A stretch of DNA of 64,000 nt, from the NCBI GenBank assembly GCA_947445225.1, contig CANFCX010000002.1:26119-90118 (forward strand), read 5' to 3'. Position 1 is the stretch's first letter. Every line of letters starts with the position of its first letter. Of the stretch, positions 38,582 to 49,273 are shown piece after piece. The position numbers and the translations under genes were made by a program. The DNA comes from Rhodospirillales bacterium (GTDB lineage Bacteria; Pseudomonadota; Alphaproteobacteria; CACIAM-22H2). The notes beneath the pieces were generated by a model. It made no database searches. It saw only the letters and a list, made by a program, of their open reading frames with translations, and was not told the DNA's origin.

Positions 38582-39402
38582 ACGACGATGCCGAATCCAC
38601 GAATCGGGATAGCGTCATTCGGGTGGCCGTGCTTACGACCGACACGCCGCACCACCGATATTATCTTCGCCGCCTGTGGAACGAGGCGCCGCAGGGTGTC
38701 GAATTCGTTCTCGCGCTTTTCGAGACCAGGCCCTATCCGTGGGGCCGCAATGCCAAGCGACATTTGCGCCAGACCATGCCGAATCTATGGCGCGGCCTTG
38801 CGCTCAACCCCTATTTCCAGCCCCTATCCTTCGCCCGCGCCCAGGCCGAGTTCGAAAATTCGCACTTCTTCCCCGATGGCGATAGCAGCCTTCCCAAATC
38901 CCTCCCGGTCAGAAAAGTCCGATCCGTCAACGATGACGACGCGGCGGTCGCACTTGCCGAGGCAGCGCCGGACCTTCAACTGGTCTATGGCACCGGCGTG
39001 GTCAAGGCACGGACCTTCGATGGGCCGCCGCTCGGCACGGTCAACGCTCATGGCGGAAAATTGCCGGCCTATCGCGGCCTCGACACCAATCTATGGGCGG
39101 TGCTTGAGGGGCGACCCCAGGATATGACCGTGACCCTCCACGGCATCGATGCCGGAATCGATACCGGCCAGATTTACGCCGCCGAGCCCATCGGCCGCAT
39201 CAAGGGCATGAACGCCGTTAATCTGCGCTGTCATACCGCGATCTTGTGCACACGCATGACCATCGATTTGCTCGCGCGTTTTGCCGCCGGCACCGCCAGA
39301 GCGGAGCCACAGACGGGCGAAGGCCGCTACTTCGGTCCGATGCCGTGGCTTCTCAGGCAGCGCGCCGGCCGGCTGCTGCGCGCCTATGCGGAGTCGCCAT
39401 GA
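38578..39402 (+). CDS. Formyltransferase family protein
   Basis: NAHGGKLPAYRG and TLH.IDAGIDTG. Confidence 0.8.
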   Translation: MNDDAESTNRDSVIRVAVLTTDTPHHRYYLRRLWNEAPQGVEFVLALFETRPYPWGRNAKRHLRQTMPNLWRGLALNPYFQPLSFARAQAEFENSHFFPDGDSSLPKSLPVRKVRSVNDDDAAVALAEAAPDLQLVYGTGVVKARTFDGPPLGTVNAHGGKLPAYRGLDTNLWAVLEGRPQDMTVTLHGIDAGIDTGQIYAAEPIGRIKGMNAVNLRCHTAILCTRMTIDLLARFAAGTARAEPQTGEGRYFGPMPWLLRQRAGRLLRAYAESP

Positions 39403-40349
39403 TCGCCGACCCGCCCGGCCGCTACTTCGTACTGCTCTATCACGGCGTTCATGCCGATGATCTCGAACTCGGCCACCGCAATAGTTCGGGAAAACATGTG
39501 CCGCGCTCGCGTTTTGCCGCCGAGATGCGGCATTTGGCCGCGAACCGCCCGGTCGTGCGCTTGAGCGACATCGCCGCCGCCCATCGCGGCGAGCGCGACC
39601 TGCCGGCGGGTGCGGTCGCCGTCACCTTCGACGACGGCTTCTACAACAATCTCGCCGAGGCGCTGCCTGTTCTTGAGAAATTCGGCGTCCCCGCGACCTT
39701 CTATCTCGCGACCGGATTCATCGGCACCGGCCGCGCGATTTGGACCGACCGGTTAGAGGCAGCGATTGTGCAGACCAAACGCGACCGGCTGACTCTTGTT
39801 TTAAGCGGCGTGGAGACGCGTTTTCCCCTGACCGACAGACAATCCCGCCTAACCGCCCTATCCGCGGTCAAACGTGCCTGCAAAGGCCTGCCCAACGCCG
39901 ACAAGGACATCGTGGTGGCCGAGGTCGAAGCGCAGCTACAGGCTCAAGCCGACCCCAATCACCCGCTTTATCGCTTCCTCGATTGGGACGACGTGCGGAC
40001 GATGAACCGATCCCCCGTTGTCGATTTCGGCGCGCACACCGTGGACCATGTTTCGCTGGCGAAAGTGCCCAGGGCGGAGATGCGGCGGCAAATCGACGAC
40101 TCGGTGGCGGCTCTGGAAAGCGCATTGCAGCATCGCTGCACGTTGTTTTCCTACCCCGAGGGGCAGGCCGACGATTACGACGACCATGTCATCGGCCATC
40201 TGCGCGAACGCGGCTTCGATCACGCGCCGAGCGCCATGGCGGGGTCCAACGATCTTGGAATCACCAACCCCTTCCATATCCGCCGCGACATGGTCGGGTT
40301 CGAGAACCGGCCCTATCCATTCATGCCCCAACCGAAGAACGCGGCATGA
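39399..40349 (+). CDS. Polysaccharide deacetylase (CE4)
   Basis: LLYHGV, VTFDDG, PATFY, GAHTVDH, FSYPEG. Confidence 0.88.
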   Translation: MIADPPGRYFVLLYHGVHADDLELGHRNSSGKHVPRSRFAAEMRHLAANRPVVRLSDIAAAHRGERDLPAGAVAVTFDDGFYNNLAEALPVLEKFGVPATFYLATGFIGTGRAIWTDRLEAAIVQTKRDRLTLVLSGVETRFPLTDRQSRLTALSAVKRACKGLPNADKDIVVAEVEAQLQAQADPNHPLYRFLDWDDVRTMNRSPVVDFGAHTVDHVSLAKVPRAEMRRQIDDSVAALESALQHRCTLFSYPEGQADDYDDHVIGHLRERGFDHAPSAMAGSNDLGITNPFHIRRDMVGFENRPYPFMPQPKNAA

Positions 40350-41362
40350 TCCTGTTCGGTCGCGATCTTGATAAGGATGTGGCCGTGGTCGCCGAAATCG
40401 GCGTCAACCACGAAGGCAACGTCGATGTGGCCTCCCGCATCCTTGCCGCCGCCGCGAAGGCCGGGGCCGATGCGGTCAAGCTGCAAAGTTACACGCCCGA
40501 GCGTTACACCTCCGCTTCGGACGCCGAACGTTTTGCCCGAGTCTCGCGCGTCGCCCTCGACATCGCCGCCCACGACCGCCTGGCAGCGGAGGCCAAGGCA
40601 ATCGGCATTCCCTTGTTTTCGACACCGCTTTCCGAAGATTGGGTCCAGCCGATCGCGGAATTCGCTCCGGCCATCAAGATCGCGAGCGGCGATCTGACGT
40701 TCGAGACCGTGATCCGCGCCGCCGCCCGCACCGGCAAGCCGGTCCTCCTCTCGACCGGCTGCGGTGTCGTCGATGAAATCGACCGGGCCGTGGGTTGGGT
40801 GCGCGACGAGGTTGGTCCGAAGGCATTGAACGAAAGGTTGGTTCTGCTGCATTGCGTGTCCGGCTATCCCACGCCCATTGAGCAGGCCAATGTGCGCGCC
40901 GTGCCTTTCCTGAAGGCACGGTACGGCCTGCCGGTCGGCTACTCCAACCATGTCATCGGGTCCGAGGCCGTGCTGGCCGCCGCGGCTTTGGGGGCGGCGG
41001 TTATCGAGGTCCACGTTACCGATGCCAATCTGCGGGAGACGAGCAGCTTCCGCGATCACCGTCTGTCGTTCACCGGGCCGGAACTGGCGGCGCTCATCCA
41101 ATCCATCCGGGGCGTGAAATCCGCGCTGGGCGATGCGGCGAAGACCGTGCAGGCGGCGGAGGCCGGGAATCGAGACGCAATCCGCAAGGGGATCGTCGCC
41201 AAACACGACCTTGCCGCGGGTGTCGTGTTGACCGATGACGATCTGCTCTATGCGCGCCCGGCAACACAGTTCCTCGCCGCCGAACGTCCGACACTTATCG
41301 GCCGGCGTTTGCTGCGCGCCTTGCGCCGGGGTGAGATCGTTCCGCGGGACGCGGTGAAATAA
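40346..41362 (+). CDS. NeuB-family nonulosonic acid synthase (paralog 1)
   Basis: AEIGVNHEG, DAVKLQ, KIASGD, LHCVSGYP, GYSNH, C-terminal SAF/AFP domain. Confidence 0.9.
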   Translation: MILFGRDLDKDVAVVAEIGVNHEGNVDVASRILAAAAKAGADAVKLQSYTPERYTSASDAERFARVSRVALDIAAHDRLAAEAKAIGIPLFSTPLSEDWVQPIAEFAPAIKIASGDLTFETVIRAAARTGKPVLLSTGCGVVDEIDRAVGWVRDEVGPKALNERLVLLHCVSGYPTPIEQANVRAVPFLKARYGLPVGYSNHVIGSEAVLAAAALGAAVIEVHVTDANLRETSSFRDHRLSFTGPELAALIQSIRGVKSALGDAAKTVQAAEAGNRDAIRKGIVAKHDLAAGVVLTDDDLLYARPATQFLAAERPTLIGRRLLRALRRGEIVPRDAVK

Positions 41363-41365
41363 TCC

Positions 41366-43192
41366 ATGTGCGGCATTGCCGGCGCCATCCATAGAAGCCC
41401 GCTCGATGATAAGCGCATCGCCGCGACCTTCGCCGCGATGAAGAACCGCGGACCCGATGGCAGCGGCGTCCATCGCGGCACATTGGGCGGCTTTTCCGTG
41501 ACGCTGCTCCACACGCGACTTGCCATCATCGATCTCGATCCGCGCGCCAATCAGCCCTTCATTCGCGGCAACCTCGTGCTCATCTACAACGGCGAAATCT
41601 ACAATTACGTCGAGCTGCGCGCGGAGTTGGAGGGGCTTGGACACCGCTTCACGACGACATCGGATACCGAGGTCATCGTCGAGGCATGGCGGGAGTGGGG
41701 AAAGGCGTCGTTCGACCGCTTCGAGGGGATGTGGGCCTTCGCCCTTCTCGATACGGCCAAGGATCGTTTGATCCTGTCGCGCGACCGCTTCGGCGAAAAG
41801 CCGCTTTATTTCATGCGCCATGACGGCGCGTTGTATTTCGCTTCCGAGGTGAAATTTCTCGAGGCGCTTTCGGGTCATCGGCCCGCCGCCAATCTTCGCC
41901 AGGTGCGGCGCTACCTCGTTAATGGCTACAAGTCGTTATACAAGGGACAAGACACCTTCTTCGACGGCGTCGGCGCGTTGCCGGCCTCTACCTTCGCCGA
42001 GATGGCCGGTCCGGATTTGCCCATGCCCCGCCGCTATTGGCGACTGGAATACGCCCCACAGGCAATGTCGGCGCCTGACGCCGCCGATGGCGTGCGCGCA
42101 CGTTTGACGCGAGCCGTCGAAATCAGGCTGCGCGCGGACGTCCCGGTTGCCTTCTGCCTGTCCGGCGGCATCGATTCGGGAACCCTGGCGGCCCTGGCCG
42201 TCAAACATTTCGGCGCCCGCCTACATGCCTTTTCGATCATTGACGGCGACGCCCGCTACAACGAAAGCGCCAATATCGCGACCGTGGTCGAGGATCTCGG
42301 CTGCGAGCATCATATCGTCCACACATCGACCGAGGGTTTCCTCGATCGCCTTGACGCGCAAATCGCCTATCACGACGCCCCGGTGGCGACGATCACCTAT
42401 TACCTGCACGCGTTCCTGTCGCAGGCGATCGCGGCGCGCGGCTATAAGGTGGCGATCTCGGGCACGGCCGCCGACGAACTCTTCACCGGCTATTACGACC
42501 ACTACGCCTTCTGGCTGGCCGAACAGCGCGACCGCAACGATTTCCCGCATGTCCTCGACGAATGGCGCAAGAGTTATGGCGCCTTTGTCCAGAACCCGTT
42601 GCTCCAAGATCCCCTCCGTTTCGTCGCCGAGCCCTGCGCGCGCGACCATATTTTCCTGAACGCGGACTTCTTTTCTTCCCTGTTGCGCGATCCCTTCGAC
42701 GAACCCTTCGCGGAGGCGGCCTATAGCGGCAATTTGCTGCGGAACCGGATGCTGAACGAACTCCAACACGAATCCATCCCGGTGATCCTCGGCGAGGACG
42801 ACATGAATTCGATGGAATATTCCATCGAGAACCGTTCGCCCTATCTCGACCGCGATCTGGCGGAGTTCGCTTATCGGATTCCCAACGCGCACCTGATTCG
42901 CGACGGCTTCGTCAAATGGCCGCTGCGCGAAGCCGGGGCCGGAAGCCTGCATGACCGCGTGCGCCTGGACCGGCGCAAGCGGGGATTCAATGCTTCCATC
43001 GAATCGCTGCTCGACCGCCGCGATCCGCGGGTTCGGGAGCGCCTGCTCGCCCCCGGTCCAATTTTCGACGTGGTTGATCGCAAGCGTTTTCTCGAATTCT
43101 TCGACGCCGACATGACCGACAACAGTTTCTCGAAATTCCTGTTCAGTTTCGTTTCGGCGCGCCTGTTCCTCGATCGCCGAGCAGCGGCTTGA
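41366..43192 (+). CDS. Asparagine synthase-like amidotransferase (glutamine-hydrolysing)
   Basis: MCGIAG, RGPD, NGEIYN, SDTEV, RDRFGEKPL, LSGGIDS, ADELFTGY. Confidence 0.9.
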   Translation: MCGIAGAIHRSPLDDKRIAATFAAMKNRGPDGSGVHRGTLGGFSVTLLHTRLAIIDLDPRANQPFIRGNLVLIYNGEIYNYVELRAELEGLGHRFTTTSDTEVIVEAWREWGKASFDRFEGMWAFALLDTAKDRLILSRDRFGEKPLYFMRHDGALYFASEVKFLEALSGHRPAANLRQVRRYLVNGYKSLYKGQDTFFDGVGALPASTFAEMAGPDLPMPRRYWRLEYAPQAMSAPDAADGVRARLTRAVEIRLRADVPVAFCLSGGIDSGTLAALAVKHFGARLHAFSIIDGDARYNESANIATVVEDLGCEHHIVHTSTEGFLDRLDAQIAYHDAPVATITYYLHAFLSQAIAARGYKVAISGTAADELFTGYYDHYAFWLAEQRDRNDFPHVLDEWRKSYGAFVQNPLLQDPLRFVAEPCARDHIFLNADFFSSLLRDPFDEPFAEAAYSGNLLRNRMLNELQHESIPVILGEDDMNSMEYSIENRSPYLDRDLAEFAYRIPNAHLIRDGFVKWPLREAGAGSLHDRVRLDRRKRGFNASIESLLDRRDPRVRERLLAPGPIFDVVDRKRFLEFFDADMTDNSFSKFLFSFVSARLFLDRRAAA

Positions 43193-43809
43193 CGGCGACG
43201 ATCGCCATCGTGGACTACGGACTGGGCAACCTTACGTCGGTGGCCGGGGCGGTCGAACGGCTTGGTTTCTTACCCAGGCTTGCCGCCGACCCCGCCGCGC
43301 TGGAAACCGCCGACAAATTTATCCTGCCGGGGGTTGGCGCCTTCGGCGATGGAATGGCCGAGCTGCATCGGCGCGGCCTCGCCGACGCGCTGAACCGACT
43401 GGTTCTGGGGGCGGGCAGGCCGATCCTGGGCATTTGCCTGGGCGCTCAACTGCTCGCCCGCGGCAGCGCCGAGTTCGGCGATCACCGCGGCCTGGGGTGG
43501 CTGGACGCCGAGGTTGTTCGCATCGACCCAGCGGACACGAACCTGCGCGTCCCCCATGTCGGATGGAACGAGTTGCGCCGGAAACGCGATAGCGTGTTGT
43601 TCAAGAACGTCCCCGACGACGCGCTTTTCTACTACGTCCATAGTTTTCACATTTGCGGCGACCGCGACGTCATCACCGGCGAGACCGATTACGGCGGCCC
43701 GGTGACGGCGACGGTCGAGAAGGGGCGCATTTACGGAACCCAATTTCATCCCGAAAAGAGCCAGCGCCACGGCCTCACCGTCTTGCGCAATTTCCTCGAA
43801 GAGGGCTGA
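43189..43809 (+). CDS. HisH-like glutamine amidotransferase (WbuY-like)
   Basis: DYGLGN, LPGVGAF, GICLG, PHVGWN, QFHPEKS. Confidence 0.9.
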   Translation: MTATIAIVDYGLGNLTSVAGAVERLGFLPRLAADPAALETADKFILPGVGAFGDGMAELHRRGLADALNRLVLGAGRPILGICLGAQLLARGSAEFGDHRGLGWLDAEVVRIDPADTNLRVPHVGWNELRRKRDSVLFKNVPDDALFYYVHSFHICGDRDVITGETDYGGPVTATVEKGRIYGTQFHPEKSQRHGLTVLRNFLEEG

Positions 43810-43817
43810 GGAGGGTC

Positions 43818-44564
43818 GTGTTACGCAAACGCCTGGTGACCGTCCTCACCTTCAACGACGGGGTCTTGTTCCGGACGAAGGATTTCCTGCCGGACTATCG
43901 CTATACGCTCAATTTCGTGGATGCGTGGTCGGTGGACGAAATCGTTGTCCTCGATGTCACGCGGCCGGGCAGCGGCCAGCGGGCCAATTTTCTCGAGGTC
44001 GTGCGCCGTTTCGCCGGTAAGTGTTTCGTGCCGCTGGCCGCCGGCGGTGGCCTTCGCCATCTCGATGACGTGCGCGAGATGATGGGCATCGGCGCGGACA
44101 AAGTCGTGGTCAATTCCGCCGCGATTCGGCGGCCGGAATTCATTACCGAAATCGCGCGGGCCTACGGCGCGCAATGTGTTGTCGTCTGCATCGACGCCAG
44201 AAAGCGCGCCGAGGGCGGCTATGAAGTATTCGCGGATTTCGCGTCCTCCCCCACCGGCCTGACACCGGAAAATTGGGCACAGGAGGCGGTGCGGCGGGGA
44301 GCCGGTGAGATTCTTATCCAGGCCGTGGACCGCGATGGGTCGCTCGAGGGTTATGATCTCGAACTCTGCCGGGCGGTCGCCGATGCGGTCGACGTACCGG
44401 TCCTGATCCTCGGCGGCGCCGGCCAATGGCAGCACTTCGTCGAGGGATTCCGGGAGGCCCGCGCCTCCGCCGTGTGCACCCAAAACATCTACCACTTCAC
44501 CGAGACCGCGATCAAAAGCGCGAAGACCTTTCTTACCAAAGCCGGAATCGAAATCCGCCCATGA
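43818..44564 (+). CDS. HisF-like cyclase-fold subunit (WbuZ-like)
   Basis: DEIVVLDV, PLAAGGG, GADKVVVN, GAGEIL, DRDGSLEGYD. Confidence 0.88.
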   Translation: MLRKRLVTVLTFNDGVLFRTKDFLPDYRYTLNFVDAWSVDEIVVLDVTRPGSGQRANFLEVVRRFAGKCFVPLAAGGGLRHLDDVREMMGIGADKVVVNSAAIRRPEFITEIARAYGAQCVVVCIDARKRAEGGYEVFADFASSPTGLTPENWAQEAVRRGAGEILIQAVDRDGSLEGYDLELCRAVADAVDVPVLILGGAGQWQHFVEGFREARASAVCTQNIYHFTETAIKSAKTFLTKAGIEIRP

Positions 44565-44587
44565 TGTCGTTCACCATCGAGTAGGCA

Positions 44588-45697
44588 ATGTTCCAGTTCT
44601 GCAAAAAATGTCTGATGCCGTCGAGCAGGCCCCGTATCGGCTTTAATCCCGAGGGGATATGCAACGGTTGCCTCAATGCCGAAGAAAAGAACCATGTGGA
44701 TTGGGGGGCCAGGGGCCAGGAATTCCTGGATCTCATCGCCGCCTATAAATCCACGGATGGTAGTTGGGATTGTGTCGTGCCGTGGAGCGGCGGCAAGGAT
44801 TCAAGCGCGATCGCATGGCGGCTGAAATTCGACTACGGCCTTAATCCGCTACTCGTCACGTTTTCGCCGATGATCCCCTCCGAGATCGGGCAACACAATC
44901 GCGAACAGATGCTGAAGGCTGGATTCGACCACCTTCTCGTCCGGCCGAATCAGAAAGTAGCGCGCCACCTCGCCCATCGCTTTTTCGTCGAGCGTGGCAA
45001 CCCCAAGGTGGCCTGGGACGCCGGCGTTAATACGATCCCCTTGCAGGTCGCCGTGCGGTATCGCATCCCGCTGGTCTTTTACGCCGAACATGGCGAAAGC
45101 GAATATGGCGGCAAGGTCCGCAACGAAGAGTCGAAAAAAATTCGCGACTTCACCGAAGTCATCGAACATCAGATCGGCGACGATCCGCGCAACTGGGTCG
45201 ATGACAAGATCGGGGCCGGCGATCTCAACCCCTATCACTATCCCGACCGCGACGCCGTCGCCGCCGTGGGCGTGAAGGCGCTCTATTTCGCCTACTTCCA
45301 CCGATGGGACGTGGTGTCCAATTACGAACTCATCGCCGAAAAGATCGACTTCAAGACCGTTCCCTGGGGCCGCAGCGAAGGCACGTTCACGAGTTTCGAC
45401 AGCCTCGACGACAAGATCGACGACCTCTATTACTACCTTCAATTCATCAAATTCGGATTTGGCCGAGCCGTGCGCGACGCCAGCCGGCAAATCCAAAACG
45501 GCCGCCTGACCCGCGCCCAAGGTCTGGACCTAGCCCAACGTTATGACGGCGAGTTCCCTGGGGAACATATCGATGCCACGCTCGAATTCCTGGGCCTCGG
45601 CCGCGGCGAGTTCGAGCACATCGTCGATCTTCATCGCAATCCCGAAATCTGGACGATTCAAGGCAATGAATGGCATTTGCGCAACCCGTTGCGTTAA
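44588..45697 (+). CDS. N-acetyl sugar amidotransferase (WbuX/PseA-like)
   Basis: CKKCLMPSSRP..CNGC, DCVVPWSGGKDS (PP-loop), KFGFGRA. Confidence 0.88.
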   Translation: MFQFCKKCLMPSSRPRIGFNPEGICNGCLNAEEKNHVDWGARGQEFLDLIAAYKSTDGSWDCVVPWSGGKDSSAIAWRLKFDYGLNPLLVTFSPMIPSEIGQHNREQMLKAGFDHLLVRPNQKVARHLAHRFFVERGNPKVAWDAGVNTIPLQVAVRYRIPLVFYAEHGESEYGGKVRNEESKKIRDFTEVIEHQIGDDPRNWVDDKIGAGDLNPYHYPDRDAVAAVGVKALYFAYFHRWDVVSNYELIAEKIDFKTVPWGRSEGTFTSFDSLDDKIDDLYYYLQFIKFGFGRAVRDASRQIQNGRLTRAQGLDLAQRYDGEFPGEHIDATLEFLGLGRGEFEHIVDLHRNPEIWTIQGNEWHLRNPLR

Positions 45698-45720
45698 TTC
45701 GACATTGAGAAAGGCCGAGG

Positions 45721-46596
45721 ATGCCGAACGTTAAGCACACGAATTTTCCCTGCGACCTATGCGGCGCCGACCGACCGGTCGAGGTACCGCATAGCCGCGA
45801 ATACACCGGCGACCAGCCCATCCACATCTGTGGCCAATGTGGGTTTGTCTATGTTCGCAGCCGGCGATCGGCCAAGGACATCGCGGCGTCCTGGTCCGAC
45901 GACATCTTCGGCGAGGGGTACACGGCCCGCATCCCGGCGGTGACCGCCCGGCTGACCTTTGTCGCCGCCTTTCTCGACGAACAAATCGGGCTGAAGGGCA
46001 AGACGTTATGCGACATCGGCGGCGGCGAGGGTGAATTTCTCCGCATCGCCGGTGGGCAGCCCTATGGCGCCCGTACCTTCGGGATCGAGCCGTCGCCGGC
46101 CAATTGCGCCCGGCTTCAAGAGCTTGGCATCGAACATTTCAACGGCACGATCGAGGATTATCGGGATCGGCCGGAAGGGCAAAAACGTCGCTTCGACGTC
46201 GTCACCATCATGTGGACGCTGGAAAATTGCCAGTCCTGCCGCGCCATGCTCGACGCCGCTCATGACGTGCTCGCCGATGGCGGTCACATCCTGGTGGCCA
46301 CGGGCAGCCGCCTGCTCGTGCCGTTCAAGAAGCCGCTGCACTATTATTTGAGCAAGAACCCGGCCGACACCCATTGCTTCCGGTTCAGCGCCAATTCCTT
46401 GCGCGGAATTCTCGCCGTTTCCGGCTTTGCTCCCGTCGCCATCAATCGTTATGTCGATCAGGACTGGCTGGTCGTGGTCGCACGCAAGGAGGCCAAGGGT
46501 AAATCGATCCCCTGGCAAGGGGACGATCCCAAGGCGATGTCGGATTTCTTCGAACGCTGGCACCGCGACACCCAAACCCATTTCCGAGACATTTGA
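45721..46596 (+). CDS. Class I SAM-dependent methyltransferase with N-terminal Zn-ribbon
   Basis: CDLCG..CGQCG, DIGGGEG, GIEPS, FDVVT. Confidence 0.8.
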   Translation: MPNVKHTNFPCDLCGADRPVEVPHSREYTGDQPIHICGQCGFVYVRSRRSAKDIAASWSDDIFGEGYTARIPAVTARLTFVAAFLDEQIGLKGKTLCDIGGGEGEFLRIAGGQPYGARTFGIEPSPANCARLQELGIEHFNGTIEDYRDRPEGQKRRFDVVTIMWTLENCQSCRAMLDAAHDVLADGGHILVATGSRLLVPFKKPLHYYLSKNPADTHCFRFSANSLRGILAVSGFAPVAINRYVDQDWLVVVARKEAKGKSIPWQGDDPKAMSDFFERWHRDTQTHFRDI

Positions 46597-46607
46597 CGGC
46601 CGCCCCC

Positions 46608-47684
46608 ATGCCCCAAATCCCCTATGACAGCTTCGTGGCGCCGCTCGCCGGCCAGCGCATCCTTCTGGTCGGCGGCGCCGGTTTCATCGGACACAATTTG
46701 GCCCTGGCGCTTCGTCGCGCCAATGCCGAGGTCATGGTCGCCGACAATCTGGTGGTCAACAACCTGATCGCCAATGTCGGCGACCCGGCGCTCGATCCCC
46801 TGCGCCGGCAGATGTATCTCGACTTTCTGCTCGACCGGTTCAGCCTGATGCGCGATGCCGGCGTGTTGATCCGCAATGCCGACGCCCGCAACTTGACCGA
46901 TGTCACGCGCCTCTTCGATGAATTCAAACCCAACAAGGTCGTTCAATTGGCGGCCATCGCCAGCGCCGTCGATGCCCGCAAGGATCCAGGCCTTTGTTTC
47001 GACCTTCAACTCCTCACCCTTCGCAATGTGCTGGAATTGTGCCGTCGCGGCGGTGACCTGATCGAGGTGATGTTTCTTAGCTCCAGTACCGTCTACGGCG
47101 ATTTCGAGACGCCGACCGTGGATGAGGCCACCCGCCCCCAGCCCCGCGGCATCTATGCGAACGCGAAATACATGGGCGAAAGACTGGTTCGCACTTATGC
47201 CGACCAACATGGCATCGCCTGCGTCGTGGTTCGTCCCAGCGCGCTGTATGGCGAACGTTGCATCAGCGGGCGCGTCTCCCAGGCCTTCATTGAAAACGCG
47301 CTTTCGGGGAAACCGTTGTTGCTCGAGGGCGGCGGCGATGGCCGGCTCGATTTCACCTATATCGAGGACCTGGTGCAGGGCATGGCGCGGGCGCTCTCGC
47401 TTAAAAAGCGCCCGGGTTACACGAACACGTTCAATCTGACCTTCGGCAACGCGCGCACCATCGCCGAGCTTGCGGCCATCGTTAAGAGCGTCGTGCCAAC
47501 GGCGAGGCTGGAGGAGAGACCGCGCGCCGCCGACAAACCGGTGCGCGGCACGCTGTCGACCAAGAAGGCCGAAGAGGAGTTGGGCTTCAAGGCTGGGTGG
47601 GCTCTGGAAACTGGGTATAGGCAATATTGCGAGTGGTACGCGGATCAATGGCAACGCACGGTCGCGCGGCGGAACCACGGTTGA
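46608..47684 (+). CDS. NAD-dependent epimerase/dehydratase (extended SDR)
   Basis: GGAGFIG, SSSTVYG, YANAK (YxxxK), DFTYIED. Confidence 0.88.
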   Translation: MPQIPYDSFVAPLAGQRILLVGGAGFIGHNLALALRRANAEVMVADNLVVNNLIANVGDPALDPLRRQMYLDFLLDRFSLMRDAGVLIRNADARNLTDVTRLFDEFKPNKVVQLAAIASAVDARKDPGLCFDLQLLTLRNVLELCRRGGDLIEVMFLSSSTVYGDFETPTVDEATRPQPRGIYANAKYMGERLVRTYADQHGIACVVVRPSALYGERCISGRVSQAFIENALSGKPLLLEGGGDGRLDFTYIEDLVQGMARALSLKKRPGYTNTFNLTFGNARTIAELAAIVKSVVPTARLEERPRAADKPVRGTLSTKKAEEELGFKAGWALETGYRQYCEWYADQWQRTVARRNHG

Positions 47685-49273
47685 CCGCGATCCCGCGACG
47701 CGTGAATGAGGCGGCACGGGCTGTCGCCTTCGACTTGGAGGCGATGGAACGCGACCCGGCGTGGCGCGAAAGCGTGGCGTGGCCGCTGTCGCCGGTGGAA
47801 ATCGCGTCCACTGTCGATGCACTTACGCAACGGTGGCTCGAATTCCTCGATACCCTTCGCGACGAGGGCCACCGTGACGTCGCGGTGCTGGCGGGATTGA
47901 CCCTCGTCGCAACCGCCGGCTGGTTGGCGGAGTCCGCCCTCGCCGTGACTCGCGAAGAACATGCCGGAATTCGCCTTCGCGGCGGCCCTGCCGAACTGCC
48001 CTGGCTACGCGGCGAAGTGGACACGCCGCCGCGCGCGGCTGGTCTTTCCCGCATCAAACCGCCTTCCGTACCGAAATACGCCGCCATTCGGCGCGCGCTA
48101 CGCACGGCCAGTTGGACCGCGCCGTGGCGCCTGCCGCGCGCCCTGCTGGCACCGCGCGCGACCGCGATAAGCCACAACCCGATGTTGGCGACGGCGGCGC
48201 GGCGTTTTCCGGGCGGCGTCGGGTTTAGGCATGCGGAGAGTCTGCTTCTCGACGTCCGCTCGCGGACGGTCGAACCGCTGTTCGCCGTTGGTGAACTGGC
48301 GGCGGCGGCTGCCGCGGCGCTCGCCCGGATCGGCGGACTCGGCGACATCGTCCGCCGGCGTCTCGAGCGGCTCGTCTTGGACCAGGCGCAAAGCCTGTTT
48401 GAGCAGGCAGCCCGCGACCTGGCGGCGATTCGCCAGATCCGCCTTCCCGAAATCCTGTGGTCGGGGACCGGGGGGTATTGGCCGGCGCGGGCCGCGGGGC
48501 TGGAGGTTCTGCGACGCGGCGGCGAGGTTGTCCGCTTCGATCATGGCGGCACCTTCGGCATGTTGGCCAAACTTGAGGACACCGCCCAACGTGAATTTAC
48601 CGCGGCCGGCCGTTACGTCGTGGCCACGGAAGCCGTGGCCGCCATCGCAGGGCTGGCACACCCCGAACGTATGGTGCCGTGGCGAAGCTGTCGGATCGAG
48701 GGCGCCGGTGGCGATCCGGCCTTCGCCGCCGTTCCGATTGCACCGCGGCCGGCGAAAGTCGGGCGGCGGCTGGCCGTCTACGCCCCGACATTACTCCGTG
48801 GCTACCGGCAACTGCCCCAACCCTGGCTTGCCGATCCGATCTATCTCGACTGGCAGTTGCGTTTGGCCGAAATGTTGAAGGCCTCACCGGTCGATGTCTT
48901 GTGCAAGCCGCATCCCGAGGGGCTCCTGCGCGGTCGGCCCCATCCCCTCGCCGCGGTCGCCGACACCACCTATGTCCCGTTTGAAGACGTGATCGACACC
49001 GCCGATGTCTTCGTTTTCGACTTCGCCTCGACGACCGCCTTTTGGAAGGCGCTGTGCACCGACCGGCCCGTGGTCTTCATCGACATGGGCATGGCCCCGT
49101 TCGCGGCGCCGGTCGCGGCGATGATCGCGCGCCGCTGCCGAGTCATTTCCGCGAAAATGGACGAAAGAAATCGGCCGATCGTCGATGCCTCGGCATTTGG
49201 CGAGGCCGTGGCCGGAGGTCCAGGACGCGCGGACCCTTCGGACTTCCGCCGCCTGTTGGCCGGAGAGACATGA
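47681..49273 (+). CDS. Hypothetical protein, possible GT-B CMP-sugar transferase
   Basis: In-operon ORF with FDHGG, LCKPHPEG and DFASTTAF...RPVV. Start uncertain (TTG 47681 overlaps the upstream stop). Confidence 0.5.
   Translation: MTAIPRRVNEAARAVAFDLEAMERDPAWRESVAWPLSPVEIASTVDALTQRWLEFLDTLRDEGHRDVAVLAGLTLVATAGWLAESALAVTREEHAGIRLRGGPAELPWLRGEVDTPPRAAGLSRIKPPSVPKYAAIRRALRTASWTAPWRLPRALLAPRATAISHNPMLATAARRFPGGVGFRHAESLLLDVRSRTVEPLFAVGELAAAAAAALARIGGLGDIVRRRLERLVLDQAQSLFEQAARDLAAIRQIRLPEILWSGTGGYWPARAAGLEVLRRGGEVVRFDHGGTFGMLAKLEDTAQREFTAAGRYVVATEAVAAIAGLAHPERMVPWRSCRIEGAGGDPAFAAVPIAPRPAKVGRRLAVYAPTLLRGYRQLPQPWLADPIYLDWQLRLAEMLKASPVDVLCKPHPEGLLRGRPHPLAAVADTTYVPFEDVIDTADVFVFDFASTTAFWKALCTDRPVVFIDMGMAPFAAPVAAMIARRCRVISAKMDERNRPIVDASAFGEAVAGGPGRADPSDFRRLLAGET

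Noticed and set aside
43189-44564. hisH/hisF as histidine biosynthesis genes
   Set aside because: No other his genes are present, and they adjoin a WbuX/PseA-like amidotransferase, the known glycan-amidination arrangement.
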